Part shown: positions 18,419 to 27,849 of the stretch, piece by piece
Layout: each line of letters starts with the position of its first letter
How positions within the stretch are numbered: position 1 is the first letter of the stretch
NCBI GenBank assembly: GCA_019244185.1
Contig: JAFATB010000011.1
Span: 1 to 64,000 of the forward strand
DNA length: 64,000 bases
Reading direction: 5' to 3'
Source of the DNA: Acidobacteriota bacterium
GTDB lineage: Bacteria; Acidobacteriota; Thermoanaerobaculia; Gp7-AA8
Notes under the pieces: model-generated
Told to the model about the DNA's origin: nothing
What the model saw: the letters and a program-made list of their open reading frames with translations, nothing else
Database searches by the model: none
Program-made: the position numbers and the translations under genes

Positions 18419-19216
18419 CTAACCTCTGATCCCCACAATCGCCACCAGAATCGCCACCACTCCCCCGGCGCTCAAAAGCACCGTCCTTCGCGCGCGATAC
18501 GCGCCGCTGATGTACTGCTGGAGCAGCACGCCGAAGAGGATCCAGGCGATCAGCGCGCCGACCTGCTTCACGCGCAGGTCCATGAGCTCGGCGTTGGTGC
18601 GGTAGCTCCAGAGCACGCCGCACAGGATGCCGAGCGTGTAGATGCTGAAGCCGATGGCGAGCGCGCGATAGCCTAAGGTCTTGCAGACGCCGAGACTCGG
18701 GATCCAGTCCCAGAGGCGCCCGCGCTGTTTCGACTTGAGGCTGCGGTCCTGAATGAACGCCAGCAGGCCGAACGCAACGCCGATGAGGAGGCCCGCGACG
18801 CCGACCGTCGTCAGCAGCAGGTGCGCCATGAAGACGTTCGAGCGCAGCTGCGGGTCGAGCACGGCGAAGTGCTCGCCGACCGCGGCGGAGATCGTGAGCA
18901 GCAGCAGCACGAGCGGATAGACGAAGAACACCGCCGCGTACACGCGATAGCGGATCCACAGCGCCAGCTCCACCGCAAACACGGTCCACGCGATGAAGCT
19001 CGTCGCCTCGGGCAGGTTCGTGATCGGCGGATGTCCCGTGCGCGTGCAGATCGTGCCGATCCAGATCGTGTGCGCGACGAAGCCGGCGATCATCAGCACG
19101 AGCCCCGCGCGCTGCAGCCGCACGTCGCGGCTGAAGAGCGACGTCAGCGCCGCCAGCGTGCCCACGGCGTAGCAGGCCAGCGCGAGATACAGCGGATCGG
19201 TCGGCAGGAAGCTCAT
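18419..19216 (-). CDS. cytochrome c assembly family membrane protein (CcsA/HemX-like)
   Basis: About 8 TM helices; GHPPITNLPE, AHLLL, LQDRSLK-like (IQDRSLKSK), PSL motifs; directly upstream of hemA. Confidence 0.82.
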   Translation of the reverse strand: MSFLPTDPLYLALACYAVGTLAALTSLFSRDVRLQRAGLVLMIAGFVAHTIWIGTICTRTGHPPITNLPEATSFIAWTVFAVELALWIRYRVYAAVFFVYPLVLLLLTISAAVGEHFAVLDPQLRSNVFMAHLLLTTVGVAGLLIGVAFGLLAFIQDRSLKSKQRGRLWDWIPSLGVCKTLGYRALAIGFSIYTLGILCGVLWSYRTNAELMDLRVKQVGALIAWILFGVLLQQYISGAYRARRTVLLSAGGVVAILVAIVGIRG

Positions 19217-19707
19217 GGCTGCAACAGGTGCTTGCAGAACACCACTTTGTCGTCTTCGATTCTGTAAAAGTCCTTGATGCGCGAGATCTCGTGATAGCCC
19301 GCGCGCTGGTAAAACCGGATCGTCGGCGCGTAACTCCGCTTCGACGACGTCTCGATCAGCAGCATCCGTCCGCGCTGCCGCCGCACTTCATTCTCTACGA
19401 ACCGCAACAGAAGCTGTCCGAATCCCTGCCCCTGCTGCTTCGGATCGACGGCGATCCAGTAGAGATCGAATACATCGTCCGTCATCGGCGTGCGGCCGAA
19501 ACAGACGTACCCCTGAATCATACGGCTCGGGCCACTGTCCGGCTCCTCGAGCACGTAGACCTCGTACTCGCCGCGGCTCGCGTCGCCGAGCGTGAGGTCG
19601 ACGAGCTCCATCGCCCAGCCGATCTCCTGCCGCGTGAAGCGCGCCGTCGCGACGAGCACCTCGTGGATGCGCGCGCGGTCCGCGGCGGCGGCGGGGCGGA
19701 TGTTCAT
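19213..19707 (-). CDS. GNAT family N-acetyltransferase
   Basis: LYWIAVDPKQQGQGFG acetyl-CoA motif; IETSS, FYQRAGY. Confidence 0.9.
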   Translation of the reverse strand: MNIRPAAAADRARIHEVLVATARFTRQEIGWAMELVDLTLGDASRGEYEVYVLEEPDSGPSRMIQGYVCFGRTPMTDDVFDLYWIAVDPKQQGQGFGQLLLRFVENEVRRQRGRMLLIETSSKRSYAPTIRFYQRAGYHEISRIKDFYRIEDDKVVFCKHLLQP

Positions 19708-19744
19708 GCACGGGATGATAGTTGGCTACCATGCGCGATGACGC

Positions 19745-20803
19745 ATGCACATCGTGGTGGCCTGCCGCTCCGCCGGCAGCGAGGAAGCGAGCATCGCCCG
19801 CATCGCCCTCGGGCAGGCGCGCGAGCTCGCGCGCTCGTGCGACGTGACGGTCATCAGCGAGCAGGCGCCGCCCGCGCGCTACGCGCTGCCGTTCGTGCGC
19901 GTGCGCTCGCGGTCGTGGTCGTTCCTGCGCCGCTTCGCGCACGTGCCGATCGAGCTCTCGTTCGCGCGCGCGGTGCGGCGCAAAGTGCGCGCGCTGCGGC
20001 CGGACTTCGTCGTCTGCCACTCGCATGTCGTCGGCGCGTACCTCGCCGGCGTCGCGCCGTACGCGGTCGTCGTCAACGGCGACATCTTCGAGCGTCCGCG
20101 CGGCACGTACGACGCGCGGCTGACGGCGTTGTACGAGCGCATGACGCCGCGCGCATATCGCGGCGCCGCGCTCGTCGTGATCGTGTCGCCGGCGATGCGG
20201 CCGTTCGCGGTGAGCGGCGGCGCGCGCGAGGAGGCGATCGAGCTGATTCCGAACGGCATCGATCCCGACGAGCTCGGGCCGCTGCCGGCGGAACGTCCCG
20301 CGGAACCGCGCGTGCTCTACGTCGGCCGGCTCGCGCCGGAGAAAGGCGTCGAGGATCTCATCGAGGCGATCCGCATCACGCGCCTTCCGCTGACGATCGT
20401 CGGCAGCGGTCCGCTCGAGCACGAATTGCGCACGCGCGCAGCCGGACTGCCGATCGCGTTCGTGGGACCGCGCCGCCGTGCGGAGCTCGGCGCGCTGTAC
20501 GCGAGCCACAGCGTCACGTGCGTGCCGTCGATCTCCGACCCGCTGCCGACGGTGGTGCTCGAGTCGCTGCTCTGCGGCACGCCGGTCGTCGGCACGCGCG
20601 CGGGCGGGATTCCGTGGATGGTCGAGGACGGCGTGAACGGCTTCATCGTCGAGCCGCACGACCCGCACGCCCTCGCCGCCGCGCTCGCGAAACACGACGC
20701 GCTCGCGCGCATGGCGCCGCACACGCGCGCGTCCGTGCTGCCGCGCTTCGCGTGGGAGACGGTGGGGAAGCAGTTGACGGACGCGATCGCGCGACGGGTG
20801 TGA
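19745..20803 (+). CDS. glycosyltransferase family 4
   Basis: IPNGID, YVGRLAPEKG, DPLPTVVLESLLCGTPVVGT, DGVNGF. Confidence 0.9.
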   Translation: MHIVVACRSAGSEEASIARIALGQARELARSCDVTVISEQAPPARYALPFVRVRSRSWSFLRRFAHVPIELSFARAVRRKVRALRPDFVVCHSHVVGAYLAGVAPYAVVVNGDIFERPRGTYDARLTALYERMTPRAYRGAALVVIVSPAMRPFAVSGGAREEAIELIPNGIDPDELGPLPAERPAEPRVLYVGRLAPEKGVEDLIEAIRITRLPLTIVGSGPLEHELRTRAAGLPIAFVGPRRRAELGALYASHSVTCVPSISDPLPTVVLESLLCGTPVVGTRAGGIPWMVEDGVNGFIVEPHDPHALAAALAKHDALARMAPHTRASVLPRFAWETVGKQLTDAIARRV

Positions 20804-22060
20804 TCAGGACGCGCGCCGCTGCGCGCGCCGGCTCACGACATATCCATCGAAGAAGTGCCGGACGCCGTCCGGCACCCACGCGCTGACGGCGACGCCCGCG
20901 TCGTCGCTCACCTGCTCGTGCACCTCCGCGAGCTCGTGCAGTTTCGCGAGCAGGCGCGACTCGGCGTGCGGGATCTCGAGCTGCAGCAGCTCGCCGCCGG
21001 CGCGCTCGCGTTCGCGGATGCGGTCGACGAGCGTGTCGATGCCGGCGCCGGTGAGCGCGGAGACGACGACCGCGTTCTCCCGACGTCCGTGATCGAAATG
21101 CTCGTCGAGCTGGTCGGACTTGTTGTAGACCTCGAGGACGTTGGCGGCGTCGACGCCGAGGTCGGCGAGGACTTGCTCGCCGACGGCGCGCTGCTCGTCG
21201 AATTGCGGATGGCTGCCGTCGATGACGTGCAGCACGAGATCGGCGGCGACGGCTTCCTCCATCGTCGAGCGGAACGACGCCACGAGATGGTGCGGCAGCT
21301 TGCGGATGAAGCCGACCGTATCGACGACCACGGTCTCGCGCGGCATCTCCGCGGCGATCTTCTGCGACTTCGCGTCGAGCGTCGCGAAGAGCTGGTTCAT
21401 GGCCAGCGTGTCGCCGCGCGTGAGGCGGTTGAAGAGCGTCGACTTGCCGGCGTTCGTGTAGCCGACCAGCGCCACGGTGAACGCGGCGGTGCGCGACTTG
21501 CGCTGCGTCTCGCGCGTCTTCTCGATGCGCTCGAGCTCCTCTTTCAGTTTGGCGATGCGCGTGCGCACGATGCGGCGGTCGAGCTCGAGCTGCGTCTCGC
21601 CGACGCCGCGCGTGCCGATGCCGCCGGCCTGCCGCTCGAGATGCGACCACGCGCGCGTGAGGCGCGGCAGCATGTACTCGAGCTGCGCGAGCTCCACCTG
21701 CGTGCGCGCCTCGCGCGTCCGCGCGCGTCCGGCGAAGATGTCAAGGATCAGCGCGCTACGGTCGATGACTTTCGTCGTGCCGCCGACGATCTTCTCGAGA
21801 TTGCGCACCTGCGCCGGCGAGAGATCGTCATCGAAGACGATGAGGTCCGCGGAGTTGGCTTCCGCGAGGCGGCGCAGCTCGTCCGCTTTTCCCTTGCCGA
21901 CGTACGTGGCCGGATCGGGCGCCGGACGTTTCGCGAGCACGCGCGCGCGCAGCGTGCCGCCCGCGGATTCGATGAGCTTCGCGAGCTCTTCGAGATGTTC
22001 TTCAGCGACGGTGCGGGAGAGGTCGGGAAGAACGAGTCCGACGGCGATGACGTTTTCCAT
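20804..22060 (-). CDS. hflX: GTPase HflX
   Basis: LILDIFA, QVELAQLEYMLPRL, GYTNAGKST, DTVGFI, NKSD. Start may be 22084. Confidence 0.95.
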   Translation of the reverse strand: MENVIAVGLVLPDLSRTVAEEHLEELAKLIESAGGTLRARVLAKRPAPDPATYVGKGKADELRRLAEANSADLIVFDDDLSPAQVRNLEKIVGGTTKVIDRSALILDIFAGRARTREARTQVELAQLEYMLPRLTRAWSHLERQAGGIGTRGVGETQLELDRRIVRTRIAKLKEELERIEKTRETQRKSRTAAFTVALVGYTNAGKSTLFNRLTRGDTLAMNQLFATLDAKSQKIAAEMPRETVVVDTVGFIRKLPHHLVASFRSTMEEAVAADLVLHVIDGSHPQFDEQRAVGEQVLADLGVDAANVLEVYNKSDQLDEHFDHGRRENAVVVSALTGAGIDTLVDRIRERERAGGELLQLEIPHAESRLLAKLHELAEVHEQVSDDAGVAVSAWVPDGVRHFFDGYVVSRRAQRRAS

Positions 22061-22141
22061 GCGGGCGGTGGTGAGAACAATCATACAGGCGGCCGAGTTC
22101 CGGGGGGCGGAACGCGGCGGCCTCGTGCGACTCCGTTAGGA

Positions 22142-23116
22142 ATGAACGAACGAGACGCGGAGCATTGGTACCGTCTGGTTGCGCCGCTGCTGCACGGCGT
22201 GGCCACGCAAAAGTTCGGCGTCCCCGACGCCGACGCGCACGACCTCGTGCACGACGTCTTCTACGCGTTCCTCACCTCGCGGCGCCGCATCACGAAGACG
22301 CGCTCGTGGTTCATCGCCGCGATCAGCAACGCGTGCCGCACGTGGTGGCGGCAGCAGAGCCGTCCGCAGCCGGAGCCGCAACCGGACCGCTTCGAGCCGC
22401 CGCTCGTGGCGCGCCTCACCGCGCGCGAGGTGCTGAAACGCCTGCCGCGGCGCGACGCGCAGATGCTCTGGCTGCAGCACGCGGAAGGCTATCGCGTGCG
22501 CGAGATCGCGCGCGTGTTCCGCCTCTCCGTCAGCCGCACGGAGAAGCTTCTCTCCCGCGCCCGCACGCGCGCCGCCGCGATCCTCGGCGTTGCCGTCGAA
22601 GACGCCGACGTCACCCATCGTCGCTCACAGGGGAGAGGCTCGTCCGGGAAAGACACCTATGCGCGCTTGGGAGCCTCCGCACAAGTCGGAGGCATGTCGT
22701 TGCGGGCGCCGCGGCGGCGGATGCAAGCCGGCGCGACGCAGGCGATGCGGGACATCGCTGAGGAGCGCGGGCGCGGCAGATGGCGCGGCGCCGCCCGTAA
22801 CGACATGCCTCCGACTTGTGCGGAGGTTCCCTCGCGAGTTGGCTATGATTCGCGGCCATGTACGTCCTCTACGAGGTGCTTCTCTACCTCGTACTGCTCC
22901 TCACGCTGCCGTACTTTCTGCTCACCGGCATCCTGCGCGGCAAGTACCTCGCGAACGTGCCGCAGCGGCTGGGCTTTTTCCGCGGCGCGGCGGAGGCGCA
23001 CGATCTCTGGATCCACGCGGTCTCGGTGGGCGAGACGCTCGCCGCGCGGCCGGTCGTCGAGCGCATTCGACGCCTGCGTCCCGAGACGTCGATCGTCTTC
23101 ACCACGACCACGCTGA
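22142..23116 (+). CDS. ECF sigma-70 factor; folded part ends near 22600, ORF runs on through a repeat element
   Basis: DAHDLVHDVF, SWFIAAISNAC (sigma2); VLKRLPRRDAQML, EGYRVREIA, LSRAR (sigma4). The C-terminal extension is probably not functional. Confidence 0.75.
   Translation: MNERDAEHWYRLVAPLLHGVATQKFGVPDADAHDLVHDVFYAFLTSRRRITKTRSWFIAAISNACRTWWRQQSRPQPEPQPDRFEPPLVARLTAREVLKRLPRRDAQMLWLQHAEGYRVREIARVFRLSVSRTEKLLSRARTRAAAILGVAVEDADVTHRRSQGRGSSGKDTYARLGASAQVGGMSLRAPRRRMQAGATQAMRDIAEERGRGRWRGAARNDMPPTCAEVPSRVGYDSRPCTSSTRCFSTSYCSSRCRTFCSPASCAASTSRTCRSGWAFSAARRRRTISGSTRSRWARRSPRGRSSSAFDACVPRRRSSSPRPR
22669..22831. repeat. REP/REPIN-like inverted doublet
   Basis: 40-bp arms at 22669-22708 and 22792-22831 are reverse complements with 2 mismatches; each arm contains a (G)CCTCCG-7 nt-CGGAGG(C) hairpin. 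Confidence 0.85.
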
Positions 23117-24108
23117 CCGGCCAGGCGCAGGCGCGCCGGCTGTATCCGGACGCGACGGTGACGTACTTTCCGTTCGACTTCGCGTTCGCGGTGCGGCGGT
23201 TTCTCGACCATCACCGGCCTCGCGTGTTCGCGACGATGGAGACCGAGATCTGGCCGAACGTGACGCGCATCGCCCGCGCGCGCGGACTGCGCCTCGTGCT
23301 CGCGAACGGCCGCATCTCCGACCGCTCGTTTCCGCGCTACCGCTTGTTTCGCCGCATCGTCGCGGGCGTGCTGCGCAAATACGACCGCATTCTCGCGCGC
23401 GAGGAGACGGACCGCACGCGCTTCGTTTCGATCGGCGCGCCCGACGACATCGTGGAAGTCTCGGGCAACGTGAAGTTTGACTACGAGCCGGACGAGACGC
23501 CGCTCGAGATCGCGCCGCGCCTCGAGCAGCTCATCGGCGCGCGGCAGGTGCTCGTGCTCGGATCCACGATGGAAGGCGAAGACGAGGCGCTGCTGCCGGA
23601 GCTCGAGCGCCTCCTCGCCGAGCATCACGCCTTCGTCATCATCGCGCCGCGCAAGCCGGAGCGCTTCGAGCTCGTCGCGGGACTCCTCGCGACCTCGCCG
23701 CTGCGCTTCGTGCGCCGCACCGAGCTCGCCGATGGTGCGAGCGCCGACGTGCTGCTGCTCGACACGCTCGGTGAGCTGGCGAAGATCTATCGCTACGCGA
23801 CCGCGGCGTTCGTCGGCGGAACGTTGATCAACGCCGGCGGGCACAATCCGATCGAGCCGGCGGCGGCGGGCGTGCCGGTCTGCTTCGGGCCGTCGATGTC
23901 GAACTTCCGCGAGATCGCGCAGGTGTTCCTGCGCAACGAGGCGGCGGCGGAAGTGAGCAGCGCGTCGGAGGCGATCGACTTCGCGGCGAGCATGTTCGAT
24001 GACGCGTATCTGCGCGCATCGTGGGGCGAGCGCGCGCGGCGGACCGTGCAGCAGAACCGCGGCGCGTCGGAGCGAACCGCGCGCCGGATCGTCGAGCTGC
24101 TCGCGTGA
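22858..24108 (+). CDS. waaA: Kdo transferase
   Basis: WIHAVSVGE, YFPFD, ETEIWPN, GNVKFD, DTLGEL, GGHNPIEPA. Confidence 0.95.
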   Translation: MYVLYEVLLYLVLLLTLPYFLLTGILRGKYLANVPQRLGFFRGAAEAHDLWIHAVSVGETLAARPVVERIRRLRPETSIVFTTTTLTGQAQARRLYPDATVTYFPFDFAFAVRRFLDHHRPRVFATMETEIWPNVTRIARARGLRLVLANGRISDRSFPRYRLFRRIVAGVLRKYDRILAREETDRTRFVSIGAPDDIVEVSGNVKFDYEPDETPLEIAPRLEQLIGARQVLVLGSTMEGEDEALLPELERLLAEHHAFVIIAPRKPERFELVAGLLATSPLRFVRRTELADGASADVLLLDTLGELAKIYRYATAAFVGGTLINAGGHNPIEPAAAGVPVCFGPSMSNFREIAQVFLRNEAAAEVSSASEAIDFAASMFDDAYLRASWGERARRTVQQNRGASERTARRIVELLA

Positions 24109-25868
24109 AAGTGCTCCTCGAGCTGATCGGGCCGCTCTACCGCGGCATCAACCGCGTGCGGCGCGCGCTCTATCGCGCCGGCATTCTGCGCGCGAAGCGC
24201 CTGCCGCGTCCGGTGATTTCGATCGGCAACCTCTCCGCGGGCGGCGCGGGAAAAACTCCGGCCGTCATCGCGTTGTGCCGCTTTCTGGAGGCGCGCGGAC
24301 TGCGCGTGGCGGTGCTCACGCGCGGCTACGGACGTGCCGATAAGTCCGTGCAGGAAGCCGTCGCTACAAATGATGCCGCAAAATATGGCGACGAACCGGT
24401 CCTCATTAAAGAGCGCACAAATGCCGCCGTAGTTGTCGGATCGAAACGATATCGAAATGCAAAGCGATATCTCAGCCAGAATGATGTCGATTTATTCGTG
24501 CTCGACGACGGCTTCCAGCATCTGCAGCTCGCGCGCGATCTCGATCTCGTGATCGACGTGCCGTCGCCGTTCGCGCGCGAAGGACGCTCGGCACTGCGCG
24601 ATGCGGACGTCGTCATTCCGCGCAAGCTCCACACGATCGTTCCCGACTCGCTGCCCGGCAAGCGCGTCTTCGCCTTCGCGGGCCTCGCGAACAACGAGCA
24701 GTTCTTCGCCGCGTTGCGCGAGGCGGGACTCGACGTCATCGGCACGCGCGGCTTTCGCGACCATCATCGCTACACGCGCGCGGACCTCGACGCGCTCGCG
24801 CGTGACGCGGGCGGCGCCTCGCTCGTCACAACGGGGAAAGATGCGGTCAAGATCGACGATCCCGCGATCACTGCCGTCGACGCCGAGTTCGTCTTCGACG
24901 ACGACGTGCTGGAGCGCGTGGCGTCGGTGATCGACGGCGGACGCGGCGCGAAGAAGCGGCGCAAGAACGCGCTGCTGCAGCGCGTCGAGTACGGCGCGTA
25001 TCGCTTCATCGCGCGCCGCGTGACCGCGCTGTCCGAGCCGGCTCTCCTCCGCTGGGGCGCGCGGCTCGGCACGCTCGCGCGGGTCGTTCTGCGCGGACGC
25101 GATCGCCTGGCGCTGCGTAATCTGCGCACGACGTTTCCCGAGAAATCGCCGCGCGAGCTGCGCGCGATCGCGAGCGACTGCTGGCGCCACTTCGGCCGCG
25201 AGATGCTCGTCTACCTGCGCATGCAGAACCTCTCGCTCGAGGAAGTCGCGGCGCGCTGTCCGTTCGTCAACGCGCGGCTGCTCGAAGACGCGATCGCGCG
25301 CGGCAACGGCACGGTGCTCATCAGCGCGCACTGGGGCGGGTGGGAGGTGGGCGGGCTGGCCATCATGTCGATGGTGCGCAACGTGCGCACGGTGGCGCGC
25401 CCGCTCGACAACGAGCTGCTCGAGCGCGACCTGCAGCGGTTGCGCGCGAAGACGGGCGCGGAGGTCGTCGATCGGAGACGCGCCGCCCGCGTACTGCTCA
25501 AAGGGCTCGCGGAAAACGCCGTCGTCGTGCTGCTTCCCGATCAGGCGGTGCTGCCGCGCGAAGGGATCCTCGTGCCGTTTCTCGGGCGTCCCGCGTGGAC
25601 GACGCCCGCACCTGCGAAGATGGCGCTGCGGGCAAATGCGACAATTGTGTTCGCTTTTTGCATTCCCGACGGCCTCGGGCATCGGCTCGAGTTCGAGGAA
25701 TCGATTCGTACCGAGGGTCTGGCAGAGGGAGAGGACGATCCGGTGGCGCTGACGACGAGAATCAACGACATCATCTCGCGGCGCATCCGCGAGCGTCCCG
25801 AGCTCTGGCTGTGGATGCATGACCGCTGGAAGAGCACCGGAGAAAGCGAAGTACGCAATGGCGTGTGA
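24105..25868 (+). CDS. lpxK: fused tetraacyldisaccharide 4'-kinase / lipid A secondary acyltransferase (LpxK-LpxL)
   Basis: ISIGNLSAGGAGKTP, LTRGYG, GDEP, LDDGFQH, FRDHH; then AHWGGWE, LLPDQ, VPFLG, PELWLWMHDRWK in the same frame. Confidence 0.9.
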   Translation: MKVLLELIGPLYRGINRVRRALYRAGILRAKRLPRPVISIGNLSAGGAGKTPAVIALCRFLEARGLRVAVLTRGYGRADKSVQEAVATNDAAKYGDEPVLIKERTNAAVVVGSKRYRNAKRYLSQNDVDLFVLDDGFQHLQLARDLDLVIDVPSPFAREGRSALRDADVVIPRKLHTIVPDSLPGKRVFAFAGLANNEQFFAALREAGLDVIGTRGFRDHHRYTRADLDALARDAGGASLVTTGKDAVKIDDPAITAVDAEFVFDDDVLERVASVIDGGRGAKKRRKNALLQRVEYGAYRFIARRVTALSEPALLRWGARLGTLARVVLRGRDRLALRNLRTTFPEKSPRELRAIASDCWRHFGREMLVYLRMQNLSLEEVAARCPFVNARLLEDAIARGNGTVLISAHWGGWEVGGLAIMSMVRNVRTVARPLDNELLERDLQRLRAKTGAEVVDRRRAARVLLKGLAENAVVVLLPDQAVLPREGILVPFLGRPAWTTPAPAKMALRANATIVFAFCIPDGLGHRLEFEESIRTEGLAEGEDDPVALTTRINDIISRRIRERPELWLWMHDRWKSTGESEVRNGV

Positions 25869-26883
25869 AACGGTGGTCATCGGCCTCAATTGGGTGGGGG
25901 ACAACATCCTCGCCCTCCCGACGTACAAGGCGCTGCAGCATCGCTTCCGCAGCGAAGGCGGCATCGCCGTGGCGGCGCCGCGCAACGTCGCGCCGCTGCT
26001 GCACGCGTCCGGCGCGTTCAAGAAAGTCATCGCCCTCGACCGCTCGATGAGCAAGCGCGTCAGCGCGCTGCGCGACGGCAACTTCCGCCGCGCCGTCATC
26101 CTCCCGAACTCCTTTCGCGCGGCCATGACCGCGTACGCCGCCGGCATCAAGGAACGCTGGGGCTATCCGACCGACTGCCGCGGCCTCCTGCTTACGCACC
26201 GCGTCTCCGCGCCCGCGTCGCGCGGCCATCAGCTCGATGACTACACGCCGCTCCTCGCCGCGCTCAACGCGCCGCGCGTCGTCGACGACATCCCGACCAT
26301 CAAACTTCCCGCGCTCGTGCGCGAGCACGGACGCACGCGCCTGCTCAACATCGGCCTGCATCTCGATCGTCCGATCTTCGGCGTGCACGCGGGCGGCTTG
26401 TACGGCCGCGCGAAACACTGGGGCGATGCGAACTACATCGAGATCATCAAGCGGCTGCGCGTCGAAGGCTTCGACGTCGTGCTGCTCACCAGTCCCGGCG
26501 AACGCGAACAAGCGGAGAAGATCGCCACCACGTGCAACGGCGTGCCGATGGTCGGCCACGACGGCGACGTCCTCGAGCTCGCGAGCGCGATGACGCATTG
26601 CGCGGCGATCATCACCAACGACAGCGGACCGCTGCACGTCGCCGCCGCGCTGGCCGTGCCGTCCGTCTCGATCTTCGGCCCCACCGATCCCGGCCGCACC
26701 GTGATTCCGGGCGCGTCGCGCGTCATCCGCTCCGAGCATCGCTGCCAGCCTTGCTATCAGCGCGAATGTCCCCTCGGCCATCACAAGTGCATGAACGACG
26801 TCTCGGTCGACGAGGTCTTCGCCGCGGCGGTCGGCCTCTTCAGCGCCGTCGAAGCGCCGGTCGAGGAAGTGCGCGGCCTATAA
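25858..26883 (+). CDS. waaF: lipopolysaccharide heptosyltransferase II (GT9)
   Basis: NWVGDNILALP, LPNSFR, YGRAKHW, TNDSGPLHVAAA, FGPTDP, C-terminal CQPC-C-C. Confidence 0.9.
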   Translation: MACETVVIGLNWVGDNILALPTYKALQHRFRSEGGIAVAAPRNVAPLLHASGAFKKVIALDRSMSKRVSALRDGNFRRAVILPNSFRAAMTAYAAGIKERWGYPTDCRGLLLTHRVSAPASRGHQLDDYTPLLAALNAPRVVDDIPTIKLPALVREHGRTRLLNIGLHLDRPIFGVHAGGLYGRAKHWGDANYIEIIKRLRVEGFDVVLLTSPGEREQAEKIATTCNGVPMVGHDGDVLELASAMTHCAAIITNDSGPLHVAAALAVPSVSIFGPTDPGRTVIPGASRVIRSEHRCQPCYQRECPLGHHKCMNDVSVDEVFAAAVGLFSAVEAPVEEVRGL

Positions 26884-26892
26884 TCGACGCGG

Positions 26893-27270
26893 ATGGGCCG
26901 CGCGCGCACGACGGACGACGAGAAGCTCTACAAGATCGGCGAGGTCTGCAAGCTCGCCGACGTCCAGCCGTACGTCCTTCGCTATTGGGAGACGGAGTTC
27001 CCGCAGCTCGCACCGAACAAGAGCGGCGGCGGCCAGCGTCTCTACACGCGCCGCGAGATCGACACGATCCTGCGCATCAAGGAGCTGCTCTACAAAGAGG
27101 GCTTCACGATCGCCGGCGCGAAGAAGAAGCTCGAACAGGAAGTGAGCGAGCCGCCCGTCGCACCGGCCGCCGTTGTATCGCCGAGTGCCGCGGCCGCGAG
27201 CGCACACGCGCCCGATCTCAGCAAGGTGAAGCAGGAGCTGCGCGCGCTCCTCGAGCTGCTCAGCGACTGA
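26893..27270 (+). CDS. MerR family transcriptional regulator
   Basis: YKIGEVC...[12 protein letters not shown]...GQRLY...[14 protein letters not shown]. Confidence 0.92.
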   Translation: MGRARTTDDEKLYKIGEVCKLADVQPYVLRYWETEFPQLAPNKSGGGQRLYTRREIDTILRIKELLYKEGFTIAGAKKKLEQEVSEPPVAPAAVVSPSAAAASAHAPDLSKVKQELRALLELLSD

Positions 27271-27727
27271 AGAGCGCGACGATGCGTTCGAGCTCGCGGC
27301 GGTCTTCGTCGTCGAACGCGTCGAGTCGATCGCTGTCGACGTCGAGCACCGCGATGAGGGCACCGTCGCGATCGAACACCGGCACCACGATCTCGGACTT
27401 TGAATTCGGATCGCACGCGATGTGGCCGGGGAACTGATTCACGTCCGGCACAATGACCGTCTCGCGGCGCGCGGCCGCGGTGCCGCAGACGCCGCGTCCG
27501 AACTCGATCTGCAGGCAGCCGACGGTGCCGATGTACGGCCCGACGACGAGACGTCCGTCGAGCACGCGATAGAAGCCGGTCCAGAAGAAGTGGGGAAACG
27601 CGTTGGCGAGGACCGAGCTGATCGTCGCCATCAGGGCAATGGTGTCGAGGCTTGCGCCTCCTTCATCGTTCCAGATGGCGACGATCGCGTCGTAGCACTC
27701 TGCGTAAGTTGAAGACTTTGACGTCAA
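27260..27727 (-). CDS. msrC: GAF-domain free methionine-R-sulfoxide reductase-like protein
   Basis: WTGFY, GPYIG, GRGVCG, GHIACD, SEIVVP, LDVDS; TTG start inferred. Confidence 0.85.
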   Translation of the reverse strand: MTSKSSTYAECYDAIVAIWNDEGGASLDTIALMATISSVLANAFPHFFWTGFYRVLDGRLVVGPYIGTVGCLQIEFGRGVCGTAAARRETVIVPDVNQFPGHIACDPNSKSEIVVPVFDRDGALIAVLDVDSDRLDAFDDEDRRELERIVALFSR

Positions 27728-27825
27728 CGTTTTCTGGTCCGAACGGGAACAGGCGCGGGTTTGCGTCCGCCTCCGGCCGCGATCAGGAGGAGAGTGCCGG
27801 CCACAGTCACGAGCAATCCAATCAT
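27724..27825 (-). CDS. 33-aa small membrane peptide, not in the ORF track
   Basis: AGGAGG SD 5 nt before ATG; [33 protein letters not shown]; its TGA overlaps the msrC TTG. Confidence 0.7.
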   Translation of the reverse strand: MIGLLVTVAGTLLLIAAGGGRKPAPVPVRTRKR

Positions 27826-27849
27826 GCCGTCCTCCTGCGCGCCTCATTC

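Noticed and set aside
16111-18989. 678-aa HemC and 652-aa HemA ORFs suggesting N-terminal fusions
   Set aside because: The extensions overlap neighbouring genes or the heptamer repeat; true starts are at 17034 and about 18290.
22109-22132. GGAAC...CGACTC as an autoregulatory ECF promoter
   Set aside because: The spacer is shorter than in typical ECF promoters and there is no second example.
18319-22831. Repeats as CRISPR arrays
   Set aside because: No direct repeats with unique spacers and no cas genes.
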